From positions 30,723-94,722 of the forward strand of contig JBAZXK010000002.1 in NCBI GenBank assembly GCA_041659905.1: 64,000 nucleotides of DNA, written 5' to 3'. Within the stretch, counting starts at the first letter, position 1. Each line of letters starts with the position of its first letter. A model generated the notes under the pieces. That model did not search any database and had not been told where the DNA came from. It worked only from the letters and a program-made list of their open reading frames with translations. A program made the translations under genes and the position numbers. Positions 24,740-34,846 of the stretch are shown in pieces. The stretch is from Patescibacteria group bacterium (GTDB lineage Bacteria; Patescibacteriota; Kazan-3B-28; UBA10110).

Positions 24740-25831
24740 ATGGGATTATCAATCGGTATTGTCGGGTTACCCAATGTTGGAAAATCGACGCTGTTTAACG
24801 CCTTGATGGGCAAGGCCCAGGCGGCAGCGAGCAATTTTCCGTTTTGTACGATTGAACCTAATGTCGGTACCGTGCCTGTTCCCGATTCCCGACTAGACGT
24901 ACTGGCCAAATTAGAAAATTCTGAAAAAAGCGTTCCCACGGCCGTAGAATTTGTGGATATTGCCGGATTAGTCAAAGGTGCCAGTGAAGGTCAGGGCCTG
25001 GGCAATCAATTTTTGGGCCATGTCCGAGAATGCGACGCCATTATTGAAGTGGTGCGCCTATTTAATGACACCAATGTGATTCATGTCAGCGGTGCCGTAG
25101 ACCCTAAAGAAGACATCTCGACTATCAATACGGAACTTCTGATCGCGGATATGCAGGCTCTGGAAAAACGCGTTGGGCGAGAAACCAAAGAAGCTAAAAC
25201 CGATATTAAACTACAGCCCCGAGTAGAATTTTTGCGTAAGATCAAATCACATATCGATGCGGGACAACCGGCGAGAACTTTTGCGGCCAATGATGAAGAA
25301 AAAATTTGGCTCCGAGAACTCTGCTTACTCACTAGTAAACCAATTTTATATGTGGCTAATGTGGACGAAGAACAACTAAAACAACCGGACTTAATCGAAA
25401 AACTCAAACAGCAGGTTGAGGATGTTTTCCCCGAAATTATTGCCCTTAATGCTAAAGCCGAGTCCGAACTTTCGCAGATGTGCATGGAAGATCAGGATTT
25501 ATTACTGAAAGAATTGGGTATGGACGAACCCGGATTAAACAAAGTCATTCGCGCTGGCTATAAATTACTTAATTTAATTACCTTTTTTACGGCTGGACCC
25601 AAAGAGGCCCGAGCCTGGACGATCCGCTTGGGCGCCAAAGCGCCCCAGGCCGCCGGGGTAATTCATACCGATTTTGAAAAAGGCTTCATCCGGGCCGAAA
25701 CTATCAGCTACGCTGACTTTGTCCAGTACGGTGGCTGGAAGGGCGCTGGCGAGGCTGGAAAAGCCCGCCAAGAAGGCAAAGAATACATCGTCCAAGATGG
25801 CGATGTCATGCTCTTCCGATTCAATGTCTAA
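24740..25831 (+). CDS. ychF: ribosome-binding ATPase YchF (OLA1 family GTPase-like)
   Basis: GIVGLPNVGKSTLFNAL G1 motif and a C-terminal TGS domain. Confidence 0.9.
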   Translation: MGLSIGIVGLPNVGKSTLFNALMGKAQAAASNFPFCTIEPNVGTVPVPDSRLDVLAKLENSEKSVPTAVEFVDIAGLVKGASEGQGLGNQFLGHVRECDAIIEVVRLFNDTNVIHVSGAVDPKEDISTINTELLIADMQALEKRVGRETKEAKTDIKLQPRVEFLRKIKSHIDAGQPARTFAANDEEKIWLRELCLLTSKPILYVANVDEEQLKQPDLIEKLKQQVEDVFPEIIALNAKAESELSQMCMEDQDLLLKELGMDEPGLNKVIRAGYKLLNLITFFTAGPKEARAWTIRLGAKAPQAAGVIHTDFEKGFIRAETISYADFVQYGGWKGAGEAGKARQEGKEYIVQDGDVMLFRFNV

Positions 25832-27181
25832 TTATTGGCGGAGTTTAGAGAAAATACTTGTCAGAGTCTGAGTAACTTTCTGATAAATTCTTTCAATATT
25901 ATCTGTAAATAACAGCGCCTCTTTAGGCTGGAATGGCAACTCGACTTTTCCACCTGTTGAAGGTACTGTCGGTTTAATTACAACTGGGGTAGTTGGTTTG
26001 GAGAAGATCTTTTGCCAAAAACTTTGTTTTTTAACTGTCAGCGTCCATTCAACTTGATTGTTTCCTTTCATCCAAGTTTTCCATTCTGCTACAGGACGAA
26101 AAGCTTCAGTATAGATTTTGGCTGTCCAGGGCGCTTGAATGGTAAATTCAAATCGGCCGATCTCTCCCGGTTTAACCACCCGGTTGACTAACACTGGTCG
26201 ATTATATTTCAGCCAAGACGAATGATAAAAACTGCTCCGGCGATCTCGCTTGGCGTCCGTGCCTAATCGAACCGGGTTTTCACCATCCTGATACCAGGTG
26301 GCCGTACCGGTATTTTTAAATTCTACCCAAAGTACTGCCGTTTCTTTATATTTCAACGTGAGCGCAGGAGATTGATTAACTAAATCAGCGATATATTCCT
26401 CATTCACCCCACCCGTGGTAGGTGGTGTGATTTGGGTTTTATCTGTGACAGTAATCAAATGTGAGTAGCAATCGGATTGAATAAGTGCGTTGTATGCACA
26501 CAACCGATAAGTTCCGACAGCTAATGTGTTAGGTAAAAGATTCAGTGTCATGAGATCTCGGGTGTGTGGTTTTTCAACTGGGAAAACAATTTGATTAAGC
26601 GTAACCCAAGCCTGATTTTCAAACCCCAATCCACGAATAACTAATTCGGTAGCAGATCCATAATAAAAACTCATCGGACTAACACTGTCGATCATCGGGT
26701 AAGTTGGCAGATAACCGCCAGGCGAGCTCGACCCCGCTGGAACAGCTGAGACAGTGAATACAGCGTCACTACTATCCGTAATAGCCGGAACCGTGACACT
26801 ACTAATCCGCACTGTGGCTGTGGTAGTAGCCGGCTCAGTAACTAGCCACGGATAATCTCCATCATTAGTTGTGGAAGCCGTCAAGGTTTCCCAAGCCCCT
26901 GCTACAGTTCTTTGTAGCTCAATTTTCACATTGGACACGCTCCCGGTGCTAGTCCAGATAATGTGTTGGGAAGAATCAACCTGCCAATTCTCGCCGCCAT
27001 TAGGATCTGCAACTGTCAGCGTGCCAGCATCCAAAATAACAAAGGACATATCAGTAGTATCACTAGCCGCATTGACCAGCCACATACTTAATGAAACAAA
27101 ACAAATCGCCAGGACGGCAATAAGTTCTTTTTCTAGGAGTTCCCAGATAAAAATTTTTATTTTTGATATTTGTTGGAGCAT
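25832..27181 (-). CDS. hypothetical membrane-anchored extracellular protein with C-terminal NTGTxTW...GExGRF repeat-domain
   Basis: N-terminal TM anchor and a Thr/Ser-rich region. The C-terminal ~90 aa are homologous to the two N-terminal repeats of the SpoIID-like protein at 51319..53301. Confidence 0.55.
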   Translation of the reverse strand: MLQQISKIKIFIWELLEKELIAVLAICFVSLSMWLVNAASDTTDMSFVILDAGTLTVADPNGGENWQVDSSQHIIWTSTGSVSNVKIELQRTVAGAWETLTASTTNDGDYPWLVTEPATTTATVRISSVTVPAITDSSDAVFTVSAVPAGSSSPGGYLPTYPMIDSVSPMSFYYGSATELVIRGLGFENQAWVTLNQIVFPVEKPHTRDLMTLNLLPNTLAVGTYRLCAYNALIQSDCYSHLITVTDKTQITPPTTGGVNEEYIADLVNQSPALTLKYKETAVLWVEFKNTGTATWYQDGENPVRLGTDAKRDRRSSFYHSSWLKYNRPVLVNRVVKPGEIGRFEFTIQAPWTAKIYTEAFRPVAEWKTWMKGNNQVEWTLTVKKQSFWQKIFSKPTTPVVIKPTVPSTGGKVELPFQPKEALLFTDNIERIYQKVTQTLTSIFSKLRQ

Positions 27182-27243
27182 TCCTGAGGATATTATGATA
27201 TTTATTTATTATATCATAAATATCTCTCTTCGTCAAGACAGAA

Positions 27244-27801
27244 TCATGAGACAAACTTTGAGGTTTTCAGATAAAACCGCCACGGTTTGCTGGCATAGTC
27301 TTTAGCGTAAGTTATTCCCCGACGCGCTGATTGTCCCATTTGTTCCGGTTTCACTATATAGCCATCATCTTCGACCCATAAACCACTAATTCGATTTAGT
27401 CTGTGACAATTAAACTCACTGCCAATATTTAATTCGCGACAAAGTCGACCTGGCCCGATAGGTTTTTGTAAGGTAGAGGATAACGGCTCGACTGAACGAA
27501 TCAGTACCGCTTCGGCTTCTCCTTTTCCCGCTGTAACTAAATTAAGACAATGGTACATGCCATAAATTAAATAAACGTAAATGCGTCCGGCTGGCCCAAA
27601 CATTACTTCTGTGCGCCGTGTCCGCCCTTTAGCCGCATGGCAAGCTAAATCTTGCACGCCGCAATAAGCTTCTACTTCGGTAATGCGATAGCGCTCTATT
27701 CCCTGGGGAAATTTCCTAACCAAAACTTTACCCACTAAATCCGGGGCGACTTGCAGAGCGGGGCGAGCAAACCATTTAGCATTAAGAATTTTCCTGTGCA
27801 T
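27244..27801 (-). CDS. mpg: DNA-3-methyladenine glycosylase (AAG/MPG family)
   Basis: RITEVEAYCGVQDLACHA...MFGPAGRIYVYLIYGMYHCLNLV, the characteristic MPG core. Confidence 0.8.
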   Translation of the reverse strand: MHRKILNAKWFARPALQVAPDLVGKVLVRKFPQGIERYRITEVEAYCGVQDLACHAAKGRTRRTEVMFGPAGRIYVYLIYGMYHCLNLVTAGKGEAEAVLIRSVEPLSSTLQKPIGPGRLCRELNIGSEFNCHRLNRISGLWVEDDGYIVKPEQMGQSARRGITYAKDYASKPWRFYLKTSKFVS

Positions 27802-28765
27802 TTGTCCCCACGACTACCGGCTGAACTGGATTATCGCCATTAGTGATGGTCGCAAAAATCATTTTACCAGCCACGGTTTGAAAAACTCGCGTTACCATCG
27901 CCTTAACTTCTTTGCCAATGGAACGATAGCCATTCTCCACTACTACCATAGTACCATCGCCTAAATACCCGACGCCTTGGTTGCGATCTTTCCCTTCCTG
28001 TACCAATTTAATCGTCAGTTCTTCGCCGGGCAACACCACTGGCCGCAGTACATTGTTGAGTTCATTTACATTCAAAACTAAAATGTTTTGGATTTGCGCC
28101 ACTCGATTAAGATTATAATCCACCGTCATCAACCGAGCTCGGCGCTTTTTAGCTAAGCGCACAATTTTAGCGTCCACATCGAGCTCAGTAGGAAAATCAT
28201 CATCTATTACCGCCACTATAATACCTTTCTCTTTGCGCAATTCGCTTAAAATATCTAGACCCCGGCGGCCCCGGCTGCGTCTGAGCTCATCCGGAGAATC
28301 GGCAATGGATTGCAGTTCGTTCAACACAAACCGCGGAACCAAAAGGCGGCCGATCAAAAATCCGGTGCGCACGATTTCTAAAATACGTCCGTCCACGATC
28401 ACTGAAGTATCGACTAAAATATCTTCCGTGGCTGTCGGACTAACCACTTCCCGCTTGGCCACCGTAGCCAGCACCGAAAACAAGTGCGTTAAGAATCTTA
28501 TGATCGAGTTTCTTTGATTGTAAAAATAGGTTGTGACTACCGCTGCACTAAACACATTAATAATTAATGGCAGCCATTGCCCGAAGGGATCCCGGAGTCG
28601 CCCAAGCGGTAAAGACACTAAGGTGCCAATAGACAGGCCTAGAATTACTCCCACGATCACGATAGCAAAATCCGCCGATTTCATCTCAATCGACTTCCGG
28701 ACAAACACCAGATAAATGGCTACTAGCACTAAAACAACGCCCCCAAAAATTTGTCCTAACAACAT
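27782..28765 (-). CDS. PIN/TRAM domain membrane protein (YacL-like)
   Basis: N-terminal TM helices, a PIN-like nuclease domain, and a C-terminal TRAM-like beta-barrel. Confidence 0.6.
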   Translation of the reverse strand: MLLGQIFGGVVLVLVAIYLVFVRKSIEMKSADFAIVIVGVILGLSIGTLVSLPLGRLRDPFGQWLPLIINVFSAAVVTTYFYNQRNSIIRFLTHLFSVLATVAKREVVSPTATEDILVDTSVIVDGRILEIVRTGFLIGRLLVPRFVLNELQSIADSPDELRRSRGRRGLDILSELRKEKGIIVAVIDDDFPTELDVDAKIVRLAKKRRARLMTVDYNLNRVAQIQNILVLNVNELNNVLRPVVLPGEELTIKLVQEGKDRNQGVGYLGDGTMVVVENGYRSIGKEVKAMVTRVFQTVAGKMIFATITNGDNPVQPVVVGTNAQENS

Positions 28766-28821
28766 GGTTTTATAAAAATAATTAAAGATAAATCCCTGGA
28801 TAAATTGTCTAAAGAACTAAA

Positions 28822-31311
28822 TTATTTAACGGCCTTGGCTCGGGCGCTGCTTAAGATTAGCTTGCCTGATTTAACATCAACTTTAACTTTAGCACCTTTT
28901 TTAAAGTTATCACTTAAAATGCCTTCTGCCAACTGATCTTCAATCATATTTTGAATAACTCGCCGCACTGGCCGCGCTCCACTATCCGGGTCAAAGCCCT
29001 GATCAGCAATAAACTGACGAGCAGCTGCAGTTACATCCAAAGTAATTTTCTGCGCAGCTAATCGTTGCATTAATTGATTTAATTGCAGGTCGACAATTCT
29101 TTGGATATCTTCTTTAGCGAGAGCATGGAATACTACAATTTTATCAACTCGGTTCAAAAACTCAGGCCGAAAAGTTTTTTTGAGATCTCCCATCACTTGT
29201 TCGCGTAAATTATCATAGTCTTCCGTGGATTGCTTATTCGCTTGTCCAAATCCGATCACCGCTTGGCGATTCATTAGGCCAGTCCCGACATTAGAGGTCA
29301 TGATTACTACTGTATTTTTAAAGGATACGCGGCGACCTTTAGCGTCCGAGAGAAATCCATCTTCTAATATTTGCAATAAAATATTCATGACATCGGGATG
29401 GGCTTTTTCTACTTCATCCAACAGCACTACAGCATAGGGCTTACGCCGAATGGCTTCTGTCAACCGGCCCCCTTCTTCGTAACCCACATATCCTGCCGGA
29501 GCCCCGATCAAACGAGCCACATTGTGCTTTTCCATAAACTCGCTCATATCAATGCGCACCAAAGCGCTTTTATCCTTAAAGATCTCTTCGGCTAAGGCTT
29601 TAGCTAACTCAGTTTTACCCACGCCAGTCGGACCCAAGAACATAAAAGAACCCATCGGTCGATCCGGATTGCCAATCTGCACCCGAGAGCGGCGGATAGC
29701 AGAAGCAACAGCTTCTACCGCCTCATTCTGCCCGACAATGCGTGATTTCAAGGCTCCTTCTAAATTAGTCAGGGTTTTGACTTCCTCACTGGCTAATTCT
29801 CCCACGGGGATATTGGTCCATAATGACACGACTTGGGCAATTTCATGGGGAGTTACTTTAGGCCAATGTGATCGATCTCCGCCGGCCGATTCTTTTTGGG
29901 CAGTAGAGATCTTTTTTTGTAATCTCAGTTCTTGGGCCCTCAGTTTAGCCGCTTTTTCGTAATCCTGTCCTTCCACCGATGCTTCTTTTTCTTTCATAAT
30001 ATTATCCAGCTGGACTCTTTCTGCTGTAGTGCCTACTTGCGCTAAGCCAGCCGAAATCCGCACTGCCGAAGCAGCTTCATCAATTAGATCAATCGCTTTA
30101 TCTGGCAAGAAGCGGTCATTAATATAACGCACCGAGAGCGACACTGCCGCCTCGATAGTTTCTACGGGAATAATCACTTTATGGTACGTTTCATATTTTT
30201 CTTTAATCCCCATCAAAATCCCGATGGTTTCTTGCGGGGTGGGTTCGCCGACTAAAATAGGCTGGAAACGGCGCTCCAAAGCAGCATCTTTTTCAATATG
30301 TTTCCGGTATTCTTCTAAAGTAGTCGCACCGATCATTTGCAGGTCGCCTCTGGCTAGGGCTGGTTTTAAAATATTAGCGGCATCTAGACTGCCTTCGGCA
30401 CTGCCCGCCCCTACCAGCGTGTGCAATTCATCTACAAATAGAATTACGTCTTTTGCCTTGCCCACTTCTTCTACGATTTGATTAATCCTTTCTTCAAATT
30501 CGCCGCGATATTTGGTTCCGGCTACCATCGCCGAAGGATTGAGTACCATAATTCTTTTACCGGCAATATTCTCCGGCGCTTCTTTATTAATAATTTTAAT
30601 TGCCAGTCCTTCAACAATGGCAGTCTTGCCAATACCCGGGTCACCGATCAGAACTGGATTATTTTTAGTCCGCCGGTTTAAAATTTGAATCACCCGTTGG
30701 ATTTCTTTATCTCGCCCCACGATCGGATCAACTTTGCCAGATTTAGCCATGCCGGTGAGATCGATGCTAAAAGTGTCTAGAATGGGCGTGCTGGACTTGC
30801 TAGCCCCTCCGCGAGCCCGTCCTACTCTCGGCTCGTCGCCCATGGCTGTCCCCATCATCCGGTCATCAGCACTAGCCTGGATGGCATCTGCCGCCAAACG
30901 AGAGACTTCGGCTGGATTAGTACCTAATTTTTGAATTACTTGAAAAGCCTCACTGCTGCTATCCTGCATCATGGCCAACAGCAGATGTTCCGTACCAATA
31001 TAGAAACTACCATACTGAGCCGCAATCAAAACCGCTGTTTCCACTAACCGCCGCGCTCCCGGGGTTAAACCGATTTTAGCTACTGCTTCTTCTTTGCGCG
31101 AGAGATTAACTATCATATCGGCTTTTTCCCAACTGACTCCGAGACTGCCTAAAACCTCAAAAGCAGTACCGCTCTTAATATTAAGCATGGCGAGTAGCAG
31201 ATGTTCGGTACCGAGATGAGCTGACCCTAAATCCCGCGCTACCTTTTGAGCGTTAGTGAGGACTTTCTTAGCATTGGTGGTGAATTTATCTAAATAGTTA
31301 TAACCATTCAT
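28822..31311 (-). CDS. clpC: ATP-dependent Clp protease ATP-binding subunit ClpC (two AAA+ modules, Clp-N repeats, short UVR-like middle domain)
   Basis: Duplicated Clp_N (GTEHLLLAM). Two Walker A motifs ([16 protein letters not shown]). The short linker favours ClpC over ClpB. Confidence 0.8.
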   Translation of the reverse strand: MNGYNYLDKFTTNAKKVLTNAQKVARDLGSAHLGTEHLLLAMLNIKSGTAFEVLGSLGVSWEKADMIVNLSRKEEAVAKIGLTPGARRLVETAVLIAAQYGSFYIGTEHLLLAMMQDSSSEAFQVIQKLGTNPAEVSRLAADAIQASADDRMMGTAMGDEPRVGRARGGASKSSTPILDTFSIDLTGMAKSGKVDPIVGRDKEIQRVIQILNRRTKNNPVLIGDPGIGKTAIVEGLAIKIINKEAPENIAGKRIMVLNPSAMVAGTKYRGEFEERINQIVEEVGKAKDVILFVDELHTLVGAGSAEGSLDAANILKPALARGDLQMIGATTLEEYRKHIEKDAALERRFQPILVGEPTPQETIGILMGIKEKYETYHKVIIPVETIEAAVSLSVRYINDRFLPDKAIDLIDEAASAVRISAGLAQVGTTAERVQLDNIMKEKEASVEGQDYEKAAKLRAQELRLQKKISTAQKESAGGDRSHWPKVTPHEIAQVVSLWTNIPVGELASEEVKTLTNLEGALKSRIVGQNEAVEAVASAIRRSRVQIGNPDRPMGSFMFLGPTGVGKTELAKALAEEIFKDKSALVRIDMSEFMEKHNVARLIGAPAGYVGYEEGGRLTEAIRRKPYAVVLLDEVEKAHPDVMNILLQILEDGFLSDAKGRRVSFKNTVVIMTSNVGTGLMNRQAVIGFGQANKQSTEDYDNLREQVMGDLKKTFRPEFLNRVDKIVVFHALAKEDIQRIVDLQLNQLMQRLAAQKITLDVTAAARQFIADQGFDPDSGARPVRRVIQNMIEDQLAEGILSDNFKKGAKVKVDVKSGKLILSSARAKAVK

Positions 31312-31339
31312 ATTCTATTTATACCACCGTTTGCGGAAA

Positions 31340-32524
31340 CTACGCGGCAGCTTCCCCGGACTCTGATTTATTTTCCTCAGTGGGAGCGGATTCTTCGGAA
31401 ACTTCGGGTACAGATTCAGGAATAGCGATATTTTCCGGCTCAGTTACCGCTTCATCGCCAGCCGGAGGTGTTTCGGTACCTCCAATCGGCGGCATCCCTT
31501 CTTTATCCACTTCGATCTGATAACCAGTCAAGCGGCTAGCTAACCTGACATTCTGACCAGCCTTGCCGATAGCTAAAGATAACTGGTCACTATCTACTTT
31601 GATCTTGGCCGCTTTGAGTGATTCGTTAATTTCTACTTCCCGCACTTTAGCCGGGGCCAGCGAATTGACAATAAAGGCTTTAGGATCAGCATCCCATAAG
31701 ACAATATCAATTTTTTCATCGCCGATTTCTGCCATCACCGCTTGTACCCGCACTCCCCGCCGACCGACTAACGAACCTACGGGATCGATAGATTCCTGGT
31801 GAGAAATCACCGCTACTTTAGACCTGACTCCCGCTTCCCGGGCGATAGCTTTCAACTCCACGGTGCCAGCGGTAATTTCGGGCACTTCCATTTCAAACAA
31901 TTTTTTAATCATATCAGGATGGGCTCGCGAGAGCACGACTTGGGGATCCTTTCCTCCCGTCTGAGCTTCTACCACATAAACCTTTAAACGCTGACCCACA
32001 TAATACCGATCGGAGCGCGATTGCTCGGAAGGAAATAAAATGCCGGAGGCTTTGCCGATATCGATCATCACCACGTCGCCTTCAATCCGCTGCACTGTGC
32101 CAGTAATCAACTGGCCTTCTTTGGATTTATATTCTTGGAAGATCACATCACGCTCAGCTTCCCGGAGACGTTGCAAAATAACTTGTTTAGCGGTTTGGGC
32201 AGCAACGCGACCATACTCGGCCGGTGGAAAAACTTCTTCCCGAATTTCGCCATCAATTTGCGCATCGGGATTAACCTTCTGGGCGTCTTCTAAAGAAATT
32301 TCCCGCATCGGTTCTTCAACTGTTTCGACAATTTTATGCACAATAAATAGCCGCACTTTTTCCGAAGTGGGGTCGATGGTAGCCGCAATCATTTGCTCCT
32401 TTTGCCCAAAATCTTTCCGGTAGGCGGCGGCGATTGCGGCGGCGACGGTATCTAAAATTACTTCCTTACTGATGCCTTTTTCTTCGGCGATTTGATTGAT
32501 CGCTGACAAAAATTGTGAATCCAT
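31340..32524 (-). CDS. nusA: transcription termination/antitermination factor NusA
   Basis: NusA N-terminal domain, S1 domain and two KH domains. Acidic C-terminus. Confidence 0.9.
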   Translation of the reverse strand: MDSQFLSAINQIAEEKGISKEVILDTVAAAIAAAYRKDFGQKEQMIAATIDPTSEKVRLFIVHKIVETVEEPMREISLEDAQKVNPDAQIDGEIREEVFPPAEYGRVAAQTAKQVILQRLREAERDVIFQEYKSKEGQLITGTVQRIEGDVVMIDIGKASGILFPSEQSRSDRYYVGQRLKVYVVEAQTGGKDPQVVLSRAHPDMIKKLFEMEVPEITAGTVELKAIAREAGVRSKVAVISHQESIDPVGSLVGRRGVRVQAVMAEIGDEKIDIVLWDADPKAFIVNSLAPAKVREVEINESLKAAKIKVDSDQLSLAIGKAGQNVRLASRLTGYQIEVDKEGMPPIGGTETPPAGDEAVTEPENIAIPESVPEVSEESAPTEENKSESGEAAA

Positions 32525-32607
32525 AATACTCCTTAGGTTTTAAAAAAGTGGGCGCACCCACTTTCAGAATACTCCCAGTTTAAAACTAGGGACAAGAAAT
32601 GTCAAGA

Positions 32608-32961
32608 CTAGAAGGCATTAGGGATAAAATTAACCTGATAGCGTCGGCGCCAAGTCTGGTAGAGAACCTCAACTACCCCAAAAGCGACCGGCCCCCGGTA
32701 ATGCCCGGCAGATAGATAGTATAAGGCCAGTCGCCGTAATTTGTTTTGCTTGCGTAGTGTCACTGACTCAGCCGGCCAACCCCTCTTAATACTGGTACGG
32801 GTTTTCACTTCGATAAAATACAAAACTCCGCGATGAGTAGCAATAAGATCAATTTCACCTAAGTAACATTTGTAATTTTTAGCTAAAATCTGGAAATTAC
32901 TAGCCAGCAAAAACTTTTCGGCAACCGTTTCTCCAGCCTTACCTAAACTCAAATTTAGCAC
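32608..32961 (-). CDS. YraN family (UPF0102) endonuclease-like protein
   Basis: GEIDLIA...YFIEVKTR motif. Conserved position after rnhB. Confidence 0.75.
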   Translation of the reverse strand: MLNLSLGKAGETVAEKFLLASNFQILAKNYKCYLGEIDLIATHRGVLYFIEVKTRTSIKRGWPAESVTLRKQNKLRRLALYYLSAGHYRGPVAFGVVEVLYQTWRRRYQVNFIPNAF

Positions 32962-33602
32962 TTAATCTCTAAATTAGACCGCATAGAAATGGCTTCTTTA
33001 ATAGGACGGTAGCTTTTACGATGCCACTCGCAAATGCCGTGTTCTTTAATTTTCAATTGATGAATGGCAGTTCCGTAGCCTTTATTAATATGAAAATTAT
33101 ACGCAGGAACTGATTTGTGGATTTCTTTCATCATCCGATCCCGGGCTACTTTTGCCACAATCGAAGCTGCGGCAATCGAAACCGATTTGCGATCACCATC
33201 AATAATGCCTTGGGACGGCGCTTCCGCAAAACCCACCCTAAAACCATCCACTAAAACATACTGCGGCTGGACGGATAAATTCTCCACTGCTCGGCGCATA
33301 GCTAAATACGTTGCTCTCCCTACGCCCATCTCGTCTATTTCTGAGGTCTCGGCGATGCCGATACCAATATCTACCGCTAGTTGGTAAATTTTCTGTAACA
33401 AAATTTCTCGCTGCAATGGAGAGAGTAGTTTAGAATCATTAATGCCATAATAACGATTTAAAAACGGCAGCACTACGGCGGCGGCTACTACTGGGCCCGC
33501 CCACGCTCCTCGGCCCGCCTCATCAACTCCCGCAATCGCTAAAAACCCCTCCTGCTGGAGCGCTTTCTCGACTTTAAGATTGGGAATCCTGTTTTTCACC
33601 AA
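32955..33602 (-). CDS. rnhB: ribonuclease HII
   Basis: AGVDEAGRGAWAGPVVAAAVVL catalytic motif. NDSKLLS. Confidence 0.9.
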   Translation of the reverse strand: MVKNRIPNLKVEKALQQEGFLAIAGVDEAGRGAWAGPVVAAAVVLPFLNRYYGINDSKLLSPLQREILLQKIYQLAVDIGIGIAETSEIDEMGVGRATYLAMRRAVENLSVQPQYVLVDGFRVGFAEAPSQGIIDGDRKSVSIAAASIVAKVARDRMMKEIHKSVPAYNFHINKGYGTAIHQLKIKEHGICEWHRKSYRPIKEAISMRSNLEIKC

Positions 33603-34158
33603 CGCTTTCCTCCCCCTCTACTGTATCACCTTTTTCGGATACGGCTGGGGGTGTGTCGACTGGTTCGTTACTAACTTCTGTAGTATCCGCGACTGTTTCA
33701 GTTGGTTCAATTTCCTGTTCTTCTTTTTCTTTGGCGGCTTGCACGGCTTCTTCTAAGACTTCTTTGCTAAGTTCTTCTGGTTCATCGACTTTAGCCACTA
33801 ATTCCCAAATATCCTGATCGATTTTCTTTTCCTTCATCTTTAAAGATTTTCCAGACAACTTCCGCAGATAATACAATTTGGCCCGGTGGACTTCGGAACC
33901 TTTTTTGAATTCAATTTTCACAATATTAGGAGATTGCAGCGGATAGGTTCTTTCTACTCCTACGCCGTAAGTAATCTTGCGTACTGTAAAGCTGGCATTG
34001 GAGCCAGTTTTGCCATGAGTTTTGATCACAATACCTTCAAAAACCTGGACCCGCTCCTTGCCGCCTTCTTTAATCTTCTGGTGCACCCGAACAATATCTC
34101 CTGGATGGACCTCAGGCAAACCCTGGTTTTTGGTGGATGGTTTTAACATTCCTGTCAT
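33574..34158 (-). CDS. rplS: 50S ribosomal protein L19 with C-terminal acidic extension
   Basis: L19 core (VHPGDIVRVHQKIKEGGKERVQVFEGIVI...). The probable start is the Met at 34149. Conserved rplS-rnhB-yraN gene order. Confidence 0.9.
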   Translation of the reverse strand: MTGMLKPSTKNQGLPEVHPGDIVRVHQKIKEGGKERVQVFEGIVIKTHGKTGSNASFTVRKITYGVGVERTYPLQSPNIVKIEFKKGSEVHRAKLYYLRKLSGKSLKMKEKKIDQDIWELVAKVDEPEELSKEVLEEAVQAAKEKEEQEIEPTETVADTTEVSNEPVDTPPAVSEKGDTVEGEESVGEKQDSQS

Positions 34159-34212
34159 AATAGATTATCTTAATCTCCCGCTATGGTAGCAGAAAACTTA
34201 TTTGGAAGCAAG

Positions 34213-34247
34213 TAAAAACAAGGGGGCGGCTGAGCCGCCCCGTTTTT
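34213..34247 (-). terminator. Rho-independent (bidirectional) terminator
   Basis: Stem GGGGCGGC-TGA-GCCGCCCC flanked by an A-run and a T-run. It lies downstream of 34288..34725. Confidence 0.65.
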
Positions 34248-34287
34248 GTGTCAATCTTATTGATTCGCCCCTGGTGGCTTATGCCAC

Positions 34288-34725
34288 TCAGCCTGAAACC
34301 AACTTTTCAATACCAACTGCATAGTCTTCTTTCAGGTGCGCAACACCTGATACCTTTGCCTGTCCCCCGCCATTCCGCTTGGGAATATTACCAGGAAAAA
34401 AATCGATAACTACTCCCCAGTTATTCCCCACCAGAACAGCGTCTTCCTCAGGGCAGCCCTGCTGTTTAAGTATCTGGGCTATCTTCAGGTTAAGCTGCTG
34501 ATCGATCTTGCCTTGAATAGCAGGCAAATCATCTTTCTGTTTCACCCCTTCAACACAGATTCGGATTGGCATTCCTTGCTTAATACCAAACGTCGCATAT
34601 AACGCGTGGTTTAAAGCCTTCTCGCGATGATCGTTTCTGGCCAATTTTGTTTGTTCCTCCGTATAGATAGGTTGAGATTGAATGTACAGGCAGCTTGTTG
34701 CCGCCAAGTAAGACCAAGATAACAA
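34288..34725 (-). CDS. hypothetical protein
   Basis: 145-aa ORF with no recognisable domain. It is flanked by terminators on both sides, so it looks like a monocistronic unit. Confidence 0.45.
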   Translation of the reverse strand: MLSWSYLAATSCLYIQSQPIYTEEQTKLARNDHREKALNHALYATFGIKQGMPIRICVEGVKQKDDLPAIQGKIDQQLNLKIAQILKQQGCPEEDAVLVGNNWGVVIDFFPGNIPKRNGGGQAKVSGVAHLKEDYAVGIEKLVSG

Positions 34726-34743
34726 ATAAAACTGTTCTAGTAA

Positions 34744-34780
34744 AGAAAAATCCGCCGGTTATTCATCGGCGGATTTTATT
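34744..34780 (-). terminator. Rho-independent (bidirectional) terminator
   Basis: Stem ATCCGCCG / CGGCGGAT with a 9-nt loop, flanked by an A-run and a T-run. It lies downstream of the lipoprotein gene. Confidence 0.6.
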
Positions 34781-34846
34781 TTATATCTGACTGGAATCCT
34801 TGCAGAACCAGTGTAAAATTTGGAAAAGATCAGTTAAACCGGCCTG

